DNA of 64,000 nt from an uncultured Chloroflexia bacterium (GTDB lineage Bacteria > Chloroflexota > Limnocylindria > QHBO01). Positions 1 through 10,064 of the stretch are shown one piece after another; position 1 is the first letter of the stretch; each line of letters starts with the position of its first letter. The stretch spans positions 543,631-607,630 of the forward strand of contig CAWGIY010000009.1 in NCBI GenBank assembly GCA_963822845.1. Direction: 5' to 3'. The notes under the pieces are model-generated. The model worked only from the letters and a program-made list of their open reading frames with translations. It did not search any database and was not told where the DNA came from. A program made the translations under genes and the position numbers.

Positions 1-23
1 AACGACGAAGCGGCAAGCAACGC

Positions 24-214
24 GTGCGCACCAGCGCACACCTCCGCGAAGCTGGAGACGATTCCCTGCCGAAACGTGCGCGTGTCTGCACACCGCGGGA
101 CATGCCCAGGCGCGCCTCGCAGCTAGGTGCGCCAGAGCGCACAGCCGCGCGCCAATCGATGAGGTAGCGGCGCGCAGATTGATCGGTCAGGTGCGCTCTT
201 GGGTGGACGCGCAC
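24..214. promoter_or_regulatory. Array of inverted repeats GTGCGC-N4-GCGCAC (perfect copies at 24-39 and 127-142; the N12-spaced variant at 191-214 and the imperfect copy at 76-93 are weaker) upstream of the small ORF and ABC-2 exporter. Putative operator sites.
   Basis: Read directly from the sequence: 6-bp arms are exact reverse complements. Lies in the non-coding leader of the 289-546 ORF. Confidence 0.35.
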
Positions 215-288
215 AGTTGGCAGGCAATCCCGCCGGCCCCATCCTGAGTACCAGTACCAGACCAGTACTTTTGGAAACGAGCGAACCG

Positions 289-546
289 ATGTTTTCGGTG
301 GCAGTCAAGGGCTACGGCATCGTCATCTGGGATGGCGACGGCATGTGGCGGACCTTCGGCGCGAACGAGTCGATGAGCGCCACCCTTTCGGCACGCGTCG
401 AGCTCGCGCTCCAGGACCTGGAGCTCGGCCTCCGCAGCGATGATGCCGTCTGCGCGGCACTCCTCGAGATCGCCGGCGCCCACCTCCTCTCGGTCGACTG
501 CAGCCACGGCCCCGACGACTGCTGCGAGGACGACGCGCGCAACTAG
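289..546 (+). CDS. Small hypothetical protein of 85 aa with a Cys-rich C-terminus (…CSHGPDDCCEDDARN).
   Basis: GC3 is very high from ATG 289 to the stop and poor upstream of 289. It sits 85 bp upstream of an ABC-2 exporter. Confidence 0.45.
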   Translation: MFSVAVKGYGIVIWDGDGMWRTFGANESMSATLSARVELALQDLELGLRSDDAVCAALLEIAGAHLLSVDCSHGPDDCCEDDARN

Positions 547-631
547 CCCTCGGTCCCCGCGCCGCACGAGGCGGTGCTACCATCGCGCTCCCGCCCATCT
601 ACTGCCGATCGGCCATGCGCCGTGGGGACCC

Positions 632-1657
632 ATGCCCGATAACCCTGACGACCTCGCCATCCACGCGCGCGCAGTCACGCGCGTCTACAAGGCCAAGCCG
701 GAGCCGGTGACCGCTCTCGGCGGCGTCGATCTCGACGTCGAACCGGGCGAGTTCTTCGGGCTGCTCGGTCCGAACGGCGCCGGCAAGACGACCCTGATCA
801 AGATCCTCACGACGCTGCTGCTGCCGACCAGCGGCACAGCGCGCGTCGCGGGGTTCGACGTCGTCAACGAGACGGCGAAGATCCGACGTGTCATCAACAT
901 GGTGTCCGGCGGCGAGCAGTCGGGCTACGGCCTGCTCACGACTCGCGAGCAGCTGTGGATGTTCAGCCAGTTCTACGGGCTGACCCAGCGTGACGGCTGG
1001 AAGCGCGTCGACGAGCTGATCGAGATCACGGGCCTGCAGGAGCAGCGGGACCAGAAGGTGCGCACGCTCTCGACCGGCCAGCGGCAGAAGCTGAACTTCG
1101 CGCGCGGCCTCCTCAATGACCCGTGGGTCCTCTTCCTCGACGAGCCGACCCTCGGCCTGGACGTCGCCGCCGCCCGCGACCTGCGCGAGCACACGCTCGT
1201 CTGGAAGGCGGAGACGGAGGGCCGCACCGTGCTGCTCACCACCCACTACATGGTCGAGGCGGAGCAGCTGTGCGACCGCATCGCGATCGTCGATCGAGGT
1301 CGGATCCTCGCCCTCGGCACGCCCGAGGAGCTCCGGCGACGGGTGCAGGCCGAGTCGATCTTCCGGATCGAGCTCGACCAGCTCCCCGCGCAGGGCGGGC
1401 TGGCCGCCATCGGCGCGCTGCCGGGGGTGGTGTCGGCGGTCCACGCCGACGTCGACGGCGAGGGTGCCGGCTCCGACCGGGTGGCGGTGAAGGTCGCTCT
1501 GGCCGACGACTCGGCGCTGACCAGCGTGGTCACCGCGGTCGCCGAGCGCGGCTCGCACCTCGTGGGGCTCGAGAAGTCCGAGCCGAGCCTCGAGGACGTC
1601 TTCGTCGAGCTCGTCGGCCGCGGCTTCGGCGACGAGGACGGGAAGAGCGCGTCGTGA
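632..1657 (+). CDS. ABC transporter ATP-binding protein (ABC-2/DrrA-like exporter ATPase with a C-terminal extension).
   Basis: Walker A (GPNGAGKTT), ABC signature (LSTGQRQK) and Walker B (LFLDEPTLGLD). Start chosen at MPDNPDD; the N-terminal extension from 440 has poor coding character. Confidence 0.85.
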   Translation: MPDNPDDLAIHARAVTRVYKAKPEPVTALGGVDLDVEPGEFFGLLGPNGAGKTTLIKILTTLLLPTSGTARVAGFDVVNETAKIRRVINMVSGGEQSGYGLLTTREQLWMFSQFYGLTQRDGWKRVDELIEITGLQEQRDQKVRTLSTGQRQKLNFARGLLNDPWVLFLDEPTLGLDVAAARDLREHTLVWKAETEGRTVLLTTHYMVEAEQLCDRIAIVDRGRILALGTPEELRRRVQAESIFRIELDQLPAQGGLAAIGALPGVVSAVHADVDGEGAGSDRVAVKVALADDSALTSVVTAVAERGSHLVGLEKSEPSLEDVFVELVGRGFGDEDGKSAS

Positions 1658-2538
1658 GCAGCTACCACGCGCTGGCGAAGACACCACGCGAGGCCGCCGA
1701 GTGGTCGACCGGGCGCCTCATCCGGGTCAACCTGCGAGCGATCGTCGGGCGCGCCTATCCGCGGATCATCGGCCTCACCCGTGAGCCGTCGTGGATCTTC
1801 TTCGAGATCCTGCTCCCGTTCCTCGCGGTCAGCGCCTTCGTGTTCGTGTACCGCGCACTGGAGGCGCCGGAGGAATTCATCGGCTTCGTCGTCCTCGGCG
1901 GAGCGATGACCGCTTTCTGGCTGAACGTCGTCTGGATGATGGCCGCCCAGTTCTACTGGGAGAAGGACCAGGGCAACCTGGAGCTCTACTTCTCGGCACC
2001 GATGCACCTGATGAGCATCCTGGCCGGCATGGCCATCGGGGGGCTGGTGATGACGAGCTCCCGGGCGCTGGCCGTCATCGGCATCGGCTCCATCCTCTTC
2101 GGCGTCACCTACGACATCGAGCAGCCATGGCTGTTGGCCGGCGTCTTCTTCCTGACGATGATCCCGCTCTACGGCATGGGGATGCTCTTCGCCTCGCTGT
2201 TCCTCATGTGGGGTCGCGAAGGCTTCCACCTCGCCCAGCTCCTCCAGGAGCCGATCTACTTCCTCGGCGGCGTCAACTTCCCGGTCCGCGCGATCATGCC
2301 GGTCGCGGCGCTCGCCATCGCCGTCCTGCCGCTGGCCGTCGGACTCGACGCCATGCGCCAGCTGGTCTTCCCGAACAGCGATCCCGAGGAGGTGCTGGCG
2401 CCGATGCTGCCGGTCAACGTCGAGATCGTGATCCTCGCGGTCATGGGCGTCGTCTTCCTCGTGGCCGCACGGCTGGCGCTCGGATACCTCGAGCGGCTCG
2501 CACGGCGCGAGGGACGCCTGACGCTGCGATGGCAGTGA
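1654..2538 (+). CDS. ABC-2 family transporter permease (first of two).
   Basis: GTG start overlaps the ATPase stop (GTGA). A polytopic membrane protein typical of ABC-2 permeases. Confidence 0.8.
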   Translation: MSSYHALAKTPREAAEWSTGRLIRVNLRAIVGRAYPRIIGLTREPSWIFFEILLPFLAVSAFVFVYRALEAPEEFIGFVVLGGAMTAFWLNVVWMMAAQFYWEKDQGNLELYFSAPMHLMSILAGMAIGGLVMTSSRALAVIGIGSILFGVTYDIEQPWLLAGVFFLTMIPLYGMGMLFASLFLMWGREGFHLAQLLQEPIYFLGGVNFPVRAIMPVAALAIAVLPLAVGLDAMRQLVFPNSDPEEVLAPMLPVNVEIVILAVMGVVFLVAARLALGYLERLARREGRLTLRWQ

Positions 2539-3401
2539 CCGGTCGCGCCGCGACGGTCCGCGGCCTCACGTTCGCCGACGCGTGGCGCAGCTTCCGCACC
2601 GCCATCGGCCTCGGGTGGGCGGTCGAGTCGAACTGGTCCGACCCGTTCCTCTTCAGCATCTACACGCTGGTGAAGCCGCTCGCCGCCGCGCTCATCCTCG
2701 TGGTGATGTTCCAGGTCATCACCGGCGGCAGCAACCCGGAGTTCCTCCAGTTCCTCATCGTCGGCAGCGCCCTGTGGAACGTCGTCTTCGGCGTCATGGC
2801 CGGCCTGGTGCAGTCGATCCTCGAGGACCGCGAGCGCTACCGGATGATCAAGTACGTCGTCGTCACGCCGCCCTCGCTCTTCCCGTTCCTCCTCGGCCGA
2901 TCGCTGGCCCGCGTCGCCATCTCGTTCGTGGCCGTCATCCTGACGCTGGCGGTCGGCGTCGTCTTCCTGGGCGTCGACCTCCAGCTGAACCTGCTCTACC
3001 TCGTGCCGGCGACCGTGCTCGGCGTCCTGGCCGTCATGGCACTCGGCATCTTCATGGCCGGCTGGTGCCTCCAGCTGCGGCAGGAGGCGTGGTCGTACCC
3101 GGAGGCGATCGCCGGCGCCCTCTACCTCGTCTCCGGCGCGATCTTCCCGATCGACATCCTCCCGGCGTTCATCCAGCCGATCGCGTACATCATGCCGACG
3201 ACGTGGTGGCTCGAGGCGTCGCGGCGCGGCCTGCTCGGCCACGGCACGCCGGGGGTCATCGGTGGCGTGCCGGACGGCCTCGTCATGCTGTTCCTGCTCA
3301 TCTCGACCGCCGTCGTGGTCCCCCTGGCGCTCGCCGCATTCGCCTGGTTCATGCGCCGCGCTCGCCAGGCGGGACTGCTCGACATGGTCACGGGGAGCTG
3401 A
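2529..3401 (+). CDS. ABC-2 family transporter permease (second of two, paralogue).
   Basis: ATG at 2529 overlaps the preceding stop. Six predicted TM segments. Confidence 0.8.
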   Translation: MAVTGRAATVRGLTFADAWRSFRTAIGLGWAVESNWSDPFLFSIYTLVKPLAAALILVVMFQVITGGSNPEFLQFLIVGSALWNVVFGVMAGLVQSILEDRERYRMIKYVVVTPPSLFPFLLGRSLARVAISFVAVILTLAVGVVFLGVDLQLNLLYLVPATVLGVLAVMALGIFMAGWCLQLRQEAWSYPEAIAGALYLVSGAIFPIDILPAFIQPIAYIMPTTWWLEASRRGLLGHGTPGVIGGVPDGLVMLFLLISTAVVVPLALAAFAWFMRRARQAGLLDMVTGS

Positions 3402-3465
3402 CGCGCGGACTCGTCGCAGACGCGGGATCCGGCAGCAACTGCGGGCTCTTCGGTCCACGAATTCT

Positions 3466-3489
3466 CGACGTATATACATATATACGTCG
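3466..3489. repeat. 24-bp AT-rich near-perfect palindrome CGACGTATATACATATATACGTCG, a likely bidirectional terminator or operator between convergent genes.
   Basis: Seen in the sequence. A striking AT island in 70% GC DNA. Paralogous to the element at 5298-5321. Confidence 0.5.
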
Positions 3490-3495
3490 CGCTCG

Positions 3496-4008
3496 TCACC
3501 GAACGAGTTCGTCGTAGTCGTTGACGACGAGCGTGTTGCGGCAGCGCTCGACGCGCTCCGGCACGCAATCCTCCGCAGCATCGTCGGAGAAGTGGCCGAC
3601 GAAGACGAGCTGCTGCCCGCGGAGGTTGGGTCCGGCGGGATCGGCCCGGGACGGGAACGCGTTGCCGAGCGGAGCCGCCAGCCGCAGGCCGTCCCGGAGC
3701 AGCTCCTCCTGCGTGACGTCCTCGGCCGGCTGCGCCGGCATCAGCACGCGCAGCGGGCAGTCGCGCTGGAGCCAGGCGACCTCGGGGTCGGCGCCGCCGG
3801 TGTCGCCGACGCAGTCTCCGTCGAGCTCCGCGTACCAGCCGGCCACGTGCAGCTCGTCGCTGCCCCACTCACCCGTGAGCGCCTCCTCGACGGTCAGCGG
3901 GTCGACCTCCGCCCGCGGCTCGCCAAGCGACCCGACGACGATCAGCACGGCCGTGAATGCACCCAGGGCCACCAGCAGTGCCAGGCCGATGCGCAGCTCG
4001 CGCGTCAC
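3496..4008 (-). CDS. Hypothetical membrane-anchored protein (single N-terminal TM, Cys-containing ectodomain).
   Basis: GTG start overlaps the stop of the upstream UDG-like gene (GTGA). The longer ORF to 4149 overlaps the UDG gene in another frame, so the shorter start is preferred. Confidence 0.5.
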   Translation of the reverse strand: MTRELRIGLALLVALGAFTAVLIVVGSLGEPRAEVDPLTVEEALTGEWGSDELHVAGWYAELDGDCVGDTGGADPEVAWLQRDCPLRVLMPAQPAEDVTQEELLRDGLRLAAPLGNAFPSRADPAGPNLRGQQLVFVGHFSDDAAEDCVPERVERCRNTLVVNDYDELVR

Positions 4009-4673
4009 CTCGCCAGCTCCGACCAACGCTCCATCAGCAGGCCGATCCCCCGCCGCCAGAGCTCGACCCGCGCCGGATCGTTCAGCCAGGTCGACGCTCC
4101 CGACGGGTGCGGCAGGCACAGGACCGATGCACCCGATGCAGCCTCCCACATGAGCTCTCGGCCCACGAGGTCGTCGAGCCGCGCGTCAGGCCCGAACGCG
4201 AACCGATGGGCCGTGCCGCCGACCAGCAGCACGAGCCGCGGAGCGACGAGCCGGACCTCCTCGCGCAGCGTCGGCGCCCAGCGGGCGATCTCGGCCCGCG
4301 ACGGCGGGCGGTCGACCGACGATCCCGGCGCTCGACCGGGATAGCACTTGCCGACCGACGTGGCGTACCAGCGCCCGCGGAAGTCGTCCACGCCGATGCC
4401 GGCCGCGGCCAGCCAGCCGCACAGCCGCTTCCCGGCGTCCCAGGCAAAGGGCACGCCGGTCTCGATCTCGCGCCATCCGGGCGCCTGGCCGATGAGCATC
4501 GCGTCCTCGCTGCCGTCGCCGGAGAGCACGGGGTTCGCGCCGTCTTCGCAGTGCGGCATCGCGTCCTGGAGCGTCCGCAGCTCGGTTCCCGGCGGGGCGC
4601 GCCGCGGCTCCGGGACGAGCCACTCCCCGGTGTGGCGGAGCCGCTTCGGCTCCAGGGTCGCGAGGTCCGTCAC
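4005..4673 (-). CDS. Uracil-DNA glycosylase superfamily protein.
   Basis: Motif A (GQAPG, close to the family GE[AG]PG) and motif B (LPHPSGAS). GTG start overlaps the upstream gene's stop. Confidence 0.7.
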   Translation of the reverse strand: MTDLATLEPKRLRHTGEWLVPEPRRAPPGTELRTLQDAMPHCEDGANPVLSGDGSEDAMLIGQAPGWREIETGVPFAWDAGKRLCGWLAAAGIGVDDFRGRWYATSVGKCYPGRAPGSSVDRPPSRAEIARWAPTLREEVRLVAPRLVLLVGGTAHRFAFGPDARLDDLVGRELMWEAASGASVLCLPHPSGASTWLNDPARVELWRRGIGLLMERWSELAR

Positions 4674-5278
4674 GCGCCGGTGCGAAGGGCCTCGGCGGCC
4701 CGCAGGTCGTCGGCGATCGCGAGGCGCAGCATCCGACGCACGCCGTCGTGGTACGGGCCGGAAGCCTCGATCGCATCGGTCAGGGCATCGCGCGCCGCGT
4801 AGAGGCGGTCGACCGGGTCGCTCGCCACGGCTCCGGGCGCGGCATGCTCGAGGTCGCGGACGAAGGTCACGTCCTGGCGCTCGATCGCGTCGAGCAGCGG
4901 CGCGGCCGTCGAGGGATCCGCGACATCGAGGGCGGCCGCGAGCTCCTCGCGCGCGAGCTCCAGCCAGCGCAGCCAGGTGGCGAACTCCTCGTCGGACGGC
5001 GGCAGGTCGTCGAGTGTGAAGGCCGCGCGCCGCTCCTCGTTCGCCGCCGCGCGCTCGACCTCGTACCAGTTGTCGCCGACGAACGAGGGCACCGGCTCGC
5101 CGTTGGCCTTCAGCCAGGCGGTGAAGCGGCTGACCCGCATCGGCATGGCAGATGCGGCCTCGTCATCGGTCGCGGCAAAGACGGCGCAGCCCGGGAGCTC
5201 GGCAGCGTAGGCGCCGACGAGCCCCTGCCCGTCGACATCGGTCTCGATGAAGATGGCGTGCGGCATCGTGCCGGCCAT
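4670..5278 (-). CDS. Hypothetical protein with an N-terminal HicB/UPF0150-like fold and an unknown C-terminal domain.
   Basis: N-terminal pattern ...ELPGCAVFAATDDEA...WLKANGEPVP resembles HicB-family antitoxin-like domains. First gene of a three-gene cassette. Confidence 0.5.
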   Translation of the reverse strand: MAGTMPHAIFIETDVDGQGLVGAYAAELPGCAVFAATDDEAASAMPMRVSRFTAWLKANGEPVPSFVGDNWYEVERAAANEERRAAFTLDDLPPSDEEFATWLRWLELAREELAAALDVADPSTAAPLLDAIERQDVTFVRDLEHAAPGAVASDPVDRLYAARDALTDAIEASGPYHDGVRRMLRLAIADDLRAAEALRTGA

Positions 5279-5297
5279 CTAGGCTGCCCTCGTGTCT

Positions 5298-5321
5298 CGG
5301 CGTATATACGTATATACGCCG
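5298..5321. repeat. 24-bp perfect AT-rich palindrome CGGCGTATATACGTATATACGCCG. Likely the uvrB terminator and/or operator of the downstream cassette.
   Basis: Exact reverse-complement symmetry. It is 20 bp upstream of the 4670-5278 start and 14 bp downstream of the uvrB stop. Confidence 0.5.
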
Positions 5322-5334
5322 ATGCCTGCGGATG

Positions 5335-7476
5335 TCATGGGCGCCTCCGGCGTGGTGGGCGACGGCGGGAGCCCGCCGCGATGACGTTCGGACGCGTCTG
5401 GACGCTGAACACCTGGTCCGACTCGTTGCCGCGACGGCCGCCGCGGTCGCCGTCCACGGCCGCCGCGGCGTAGACGTCCGCCGGGATCGTGCCGGGGGCA
5501 GCGGCGAGCTCCTCGCGCAGGCGCCGCAGCTGGAGGACCTCGTCGCGCAGCGCGGCCGCGCGCTCGAACTCGAGGTTGCGCGCCGCCTCCTTCATCTGCG
5601 CCTCGAGGCGGCCCATCATCGCGGCGACCTCCTCCGGCTCCTTGCCCTCCAGCTCCAGCTCGGCACGCTGCTCGGCGACGCGGCGCAGGCCCTCGTGGAT
5701 GTCGCGGATCTCCTTCATCACCGTCTCGGGCGTGATGCCCTTCTCGGCGTTGTAGGCAACCTGCTTGGCGCGCCGCCGGTCCGTCTCGTCGATGGCCGCC
5801 CGCATCGAGTCGGTCACCCGGTCGGCGTACATGACGACATGGCCGCCGACGTTGCGCGCCGCCCGACCGATGACCTGGATGAGCGACCCGCCACTCCGCA
5901 GGAAGCCCTCCTTGTCCGCGTCGAGGATCGCGACGAGCGTCACCTCCGGCAGGTCGAGCCCCTCGCGCAGGAGGTTGATGCCGACGAGCACGTCGTAGAC
6001 GCCGAGGCGCAGGTCCCGGAGGATCTCGACGCGCTCGAGGGTGTCCACTTCCGAGTGGAGCCACTGCACCTTGATCCCGAGCTCGGCGAGGTAGTCGGCG
6101 AGGTCCTCGGCCATCTTCTTCGTGAGCGTCGTGACGAGCGCCCGCTCCCCGCGCTCGACGGTGGCCCGGATCTCGGCGATCAGGTCGTCGATCTGGCCGG
6201 CGGTGGGACGCACGGCGATCTGGGGATCGACGACGCCGGTCGGCCGGATGAACTGCTCCGCCACGCGGTCGGCGCGCTCGGTCTCGTACGGGCCTGGCGT
6301 CGCGCTCATGTAGACCACCTGGCTCATGTGGTCCTCGAACTCCTCGAACGTCAGCGGCCGGTTGTCGAGGGCCGATGGCAGGCGGAACCCGAAGTCGACG
6401 AGGATCTCCTTGCGGGTCCGGTCGTTCTTGTACATGCCGTGGACCTGCGGGATCGAGATGTGGCTCTCGTCGACGACGAGGAGGAAGTCGGTCGGGAAGT
6501 AGTCGATGAGCGTCCACGGCCGCTCGCCCTCCTCGCGGCCGGCGAGGTGGCGCGAGTAGTTCTCGATCCCGGAGCAGAAGCCGACCTCGCGCATCATCTC
6601 GAGGTCGAACTGGGTCCGCTGCTTCAGCCGTGCCGCCTCGAGGTCGCGACCCTGGTCGTTGAGCCAGCGGACGCGCACGTCGAGCTCCTCATCGATCTTG
6701 TCGATCGCGACGAGCAGCTTCTCGCGCGGCGTGACGTAGTGCGTGGCCGGGTAGAGGTTGACCTCCTGGCGCTCGGCCAGCACCTCGCCGGTGAGCTCGT
6801 CGATCTCGACGATCCGCTCGACCTCGTCACCGAAGAAGTCGACGCGCACGACGTACTCCCCGTGCGGCGGCTGCACCTCCAGCACGTCGCCGCGGACCCG
6901 GAACTTCGCCCGTCCGAGCGCGGCGTCGTTGCGCTGGTACTGGAGGTCGACGAGGTGGCGCAGGATCCCGTCGCGGCGATAGTGCCCGCCGCGCTTGAGC
7001 TGGACGACGGTCGCCCCGTAGTCGACCGGAGCTCCCAGCCCGTAGATGGCCGATACGGACGCCACGATCACGACGTCTCGACGCTCGAACAGCGCGCGCG
7101 TGGCGTTGTGGCGCAGCCGGTCGATCTCGTCGTTGCGGGACGAGTCCTTCTCGATGTACGTATCGGTCCGCGGGAGGTAGGCCTCCGGCTGGAAGTAGTC
7201 GTAGTAGCTCACGAAGTATTCGACCGCGTTCTCGGGGAAGAACTCCTTGAACTCCTGGTACAGCTGCGCGGCGAGCGTCTTGTTGTGGGCCATGACGAGC
7301 GTCGGCTTCTGCACCGCCTCGATCAGCTTGGCGGCGGTGAACGTCTTGCCGGTGCCGGTCGCGCCCAGCAGGACCTGGTGCTTCAGGCCGCGTCGGATGC
7401 CGTCAGTCAGCTCGGCGATCGCAGTCGGCTGATCGCCGGTCGGCTCGTAGGGGGCGTTGACCTTCAGGTCTGGCAT
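5335..7476 (-). CDS. uvrB: Excinuclease ABC subunit B (UvrB).
   Basis: 713 aa, helicase motifs (GATGTGKT) and the UvrB beta-hairpin region. Conserved over its full length. Confidence 0.97.
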   Translation of the reverse strand: MPDLKVNAPYEPTGDQPTAIAELTDGIRRGLKHQVLLGATGTGKTFTAAKLIEAVQKPTLVMAHNKTLAAQLYQEFKEFFPENAVEYFVSYYDYFQPEAYLPRTDTYIEKDSSRNDEIDRLRHNATRALFERRDVVIVASVSAIYGLGAPVDYGATVVQLKRGGHYRRDGILRHLVDLQYQRNDAALGRAKFRVRGDVLEVQPPHGEYVVRVDFFGDEVERIVEIDELTGEVLAERQEVNLYPATHYVTPREKLLVAIDKIDEELDVRVRWLNDQGRDLEAARLKQRTQFDLEMMREVGFCSGIENYSRHLAGREEGERPWTLIDYFPTDFLLVVDESHISIPQVHGMYKNDRTRKEILVDFGFRLPSALDNRPLTFEEFEDHMSQVVYMSATPGPYETERADRVAEQFIRPTGVVDPQIAVRPTAGQIDDLIAEIRATVERGERALVTTLTKKMAEDLADYLAELGIKVQWLHSEVDTLERVEILRDLRLGVYDVLVGINLLREGLDLPEVTLVAILDADKEGFLRSGGSLIQVIGRAARNVGGHVVMYADRVTDSMRAAIDETDRRRAKQVAYNAEKGITPETVMKEIRDIHEGLRRVAEQRAELELEGKEPEEVAAMMGRLEAQMKEAARNLEFERAAALRDEVLQLRRLREELAAAPGTIPADVYAAAAVDGDRGGRRGNESDQVFSVQTRPNVIAAGSRRRPPRRRRP

Positions 7477-7569
7477 GGGGACTCGATTCTAGCCGCCTCC
7501 ATCGGTCCCATCCGGAACCATCCAAGGGCCTATATCGGGAGGCTGCGCGCCGTTCCTACGATCGGCGCA

Positions 7570-8127
7570 ATGCCCATCCTTCGGCGTGCCCGAGCCGCTG
7601 GAGCCTCGGTGGCGGTCGCCTGGCCGCGCCGTTGGCCGGTTCGGCCTGCCGCGAACCAGCGTGGGCAGGCGATGGTCGAGTTCGCCGCTGTCGTGGTGCC
7701 GCTGATGATCATCCTGCTGGGGATCATCCAGTCCGGTTTCCTCTTCTCGGGCTACGTGGGGATCAGCAACGCCGCACGGGAGGGTGCCCGCGCAGGGACG
7801 ATCTACGAGTACGACTCGGCAGAGGGGCAGGGCCAGAACGACCTGCAGCGCTGCCAGGCGATCCTGGCGGCGACGCAGCAGTCCGTCGACGACGCGGTCC
7901 CAGGCGTCTTCACCGGTAGCTGCGCGACCGTGTTCGGTGGCGGTGATCTCGTCATCGCCTACCCGGACTCGGCGACGTGCACGAATTCGGCGCGAACGGG
8001 CTGCCAGGTCAGCGTCACCGTCACGTTCCGCCAGCCGGTCCTCGTCCCGCTCATCGGCGAGTTTTTCTCGACCGACGGGACGAACCGCATCCCGCTGAGC
8101 GCCGACGTGGTGATGGTCATCAATTGA
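7570..8127 (+). CDS. TadE-like Flp-pilus assembly protein.
   Basis: Canonical N-terminal RGQAMVEFAAVVVPLMIILLGIIQ (TadE/TadG-like motif). It is the 3' part of a long antisense-to-uvrB ORF; only this part is coding. Confidence 0.7.
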   Translation: MPILRRARAAGASVAVAWPRRWPVRPAANQRGQAMVEFAAVVVPLMIILLGIIQSGFLFSGYVGISNAAREGARAGTIYEYDSAEGQGQNDLQRCQAILAATQQSVDDAVPGVFTGSCATVFGGGDLVIAYPDSATCTNSARTGCQVSVTVTFRQPVLVPLIGEFFSTDGTNRIPLSADVVMVIN

Positions 8128-10049
8128 TGCGTAACTCGGAAGGCGGACAGGTCCTCATCATCGTGGCGCTCGGCCTCGTCGTCCTGCTCGGTGCCGCGGC
8201 GTTCACGATCGACCTCGGACGGCGCGATGCGGAGGAGCGGCACCTTCAAAACGCGGCGGACGCCGGCGCCCTGGCGGCGTGCAAGGCACTGGTCGACGGG
8301 GCGACCGACTCGAGCGCCCTCGCGACGGCCCGGGCGATCGCCACGACGAACCTGTCCGGCTCCCCCGCCGGCTCGAGCGCCGCGATCGCGACTGCCGGGG
8401 CGGAGGAGTACGTGTCGGGCTTTGCCGGGAATCCGTACCAGATGACGAACGGCGCCGTCATCGCGGATGACTCCGTCTTCGTTGCCATCGATTCGGACAT
8501 CGATACGACGATCGGTCGGGTCCTCGGGCGTGAGACGCTCGGAGCTCTGGGTCGGGCGCGGTGCGCGACCGAGGCCGATCCGGCCCTGCCGTTCATCATC
8601 CGTCGCTACCAGAACCCTCCCGGGCCGGGCGGCGGCTTCATCGACTTCCTCGCCACGGCGGCGACGAGCACGACCGGGGCGGTGGACACGACCGATCCGC
8701 GTGGATACGGCGGCCGGACGCCCGCCAACCTGGCCTTCCCGGGCGTGGAATTCCAGATGTACGGTCCGAGCACACAGGCCACGAACAACTCCTTCCGCGG
8801 CTTCATCGCGCTGGACGTCCGCGACTTCACCGGCGCCGCTTCGCGCCAGTACTACAACGGCGCGACGTCCACGATGAGCTCGAACACGCTCAAGGGGCAT
8901 CACGCCGCCTACATCACGAGCGGCTATCCCGGCCCGGCGATCCCACCGGTGCAGAACCCGCCGACCGGCGCCACGCAGGTCGGGATCATGAACGGGGTCA
9001 GCGCCGCCCACTCCACCGGGCCGTTCGACACGAAACACCAGGTCGGCGACCGCGTGATGTTCGCGGTCTACAACGGCACGGTGATGGCGATCCCGGACTT
9101 CTCGATTCAGCCACCGGTCGAGATCCAGGTCCCGACGACGACGTCGAGCCCGGTCGACGGGCCGACGTTCGAGGTGTCGCGCAACTCGGCGTTCAACAGC
9201 ACGGTCACGTTCACCCTGACCGGCGACGCCGGCGCCGCCGCCACGGGCCATCCGGAGTACAACATCGTCCCCGACCCTGCCGCGAGCACGCCGACGACGG
9301 GCCACATGAGCGGCGCTACCTTCTCACCGGACGCCTTCGTTCCGACGACGAACGGAACGGACGTGGACATCCTTGACCTCTCGACCGACGCCGTGGCCGA
9401 GGGCATCTACACGGTCTGGGTCGAAGGCGAGGCGGGGGCGCCGTACTTCCAGACTCGCCGGCAACCGATCCCGGTGCAGGTTGGTGACGTCGACCGCGAG
9501 TTCAGCCTTGCCGGATCGGTGCTGGACGGGGCGACGGAGACGCTCGGCGGGACGATCACCCTGCCGCTGCGCATCTCGACCGGCAGCGGCCCCAACGGGT
9601 GGGACGACGGCACCGGCACCGCGTCGGTGGTCGATCTCGCCTGGGACACCGATTCGCTGACGGATTGCAGCTTCAACCCGAAGCCCCTCGGTACCGCGAG
9701 CATCGCCTTCAGCCCGGCGAGCGTCACACCGACCACCGGGGTCGGGGCGTCCTCGAGCCTCACGATCCAGGCCGGTAGCCTCTCGTCAGGCTGCTACCTG
9801 CTCCGCCTCCGCGCCCAGGGCGTGAACGCCGACGGCCAGCCGGTCGTGCGGATCGAGCACGTCCAGTTCACCGTCGCCGGGACGACCGGACCGAGCGAGT
9901 ACGTCGACGTCATCGGCTTCGCGGTCTTCCAGATCACCGACATTCGCTCGAATAGCTTCAGCGGGCGGGCCATCACCGGCCTGTACGCGGACCCGAACAA
10001 CCTCGCCCTGCGCGCCGCCCAGCGGCCGCGCCTCATCCCCTGGAACTGA
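8127..10049 (+). CDS. Large TadG/TadE-like domain secreted protein of 640 aa, a putative pilus-associated or adhesin protein.
   Basis: ATG overlaps the TadE stop (TGATG). N-terminal MRNSEGGQVLIIVALGLVVLLGAAAFTIDLG is the Tad-like N-terminal domain. The remainder is Thr/Gly/Ser-rich beta-rich sequence, and no vWA motif was recognised. Confidence 0.7.
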   Translation: MRNSEGGQVLIIVALGLVVLLGAAAFTIDLGRRDAEERHLQNAADAGALAACKALVDGATDSSALATARAIATTNLSGSPAGSSAAIATAGAEEYVSGFAGNPYQMTNGAVIADDSVFVAIDSDIDTTIGRVLGRETLGALGRARCATEADPALPFIIRRYQNPPGPGGGFIDFLATAATSTTGAVDTTDPRGYGGRTPANLAFPGVEFQMYGPSTQATNNSFRGFIALDVRDFTGAASRQYYNGATSTMSSNTLKGHHAAYITSGYPGPAIPPVQNPPTGATQVGIMNGVSAAHSTGPFDTKHQVGDRVMFAVYNGTVMAIPDFSIQPPVEIQVPTTTSSPVDGPTFEVSRNSAFNSTVTFTLTGDAGAAATGHPEYNIVPDPAASTPTTGHMSGATFSPDAFVPTTNGTDVDILDLSTDAVAEGIYTVWVEGEAGAPYFQTRRQPIPVQVGDVDREFSLAGSVLDGATETLGGTITLPLRISTGSGPNGWDDGTGTASVVDLAWDTDSLTDCSFNPKPLGTASIAFSPASVTPTTGVGASSSLTIQAGSLSSGCYLLRLRAQGVNADGQPVVRIEHVQFTVAGTTGPSEYVDVIGFAVFQITDIRSNSFSGRAITGLYADPNNLALRAAQRPRLIPWN

Positions 10050-10064
10050 CGCAAGGAGCCCCGC

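Noticed and set aside
5332-8127. 931-aa ORF on the plus strand spanning all of uvrB.
   Set aside because: It is antisense to a highly conserved uvrB and has no conserved motifs until its last 185 codons, which are the TadE-like gene. This is a typical long antisense ORF of GC-rich DNA.
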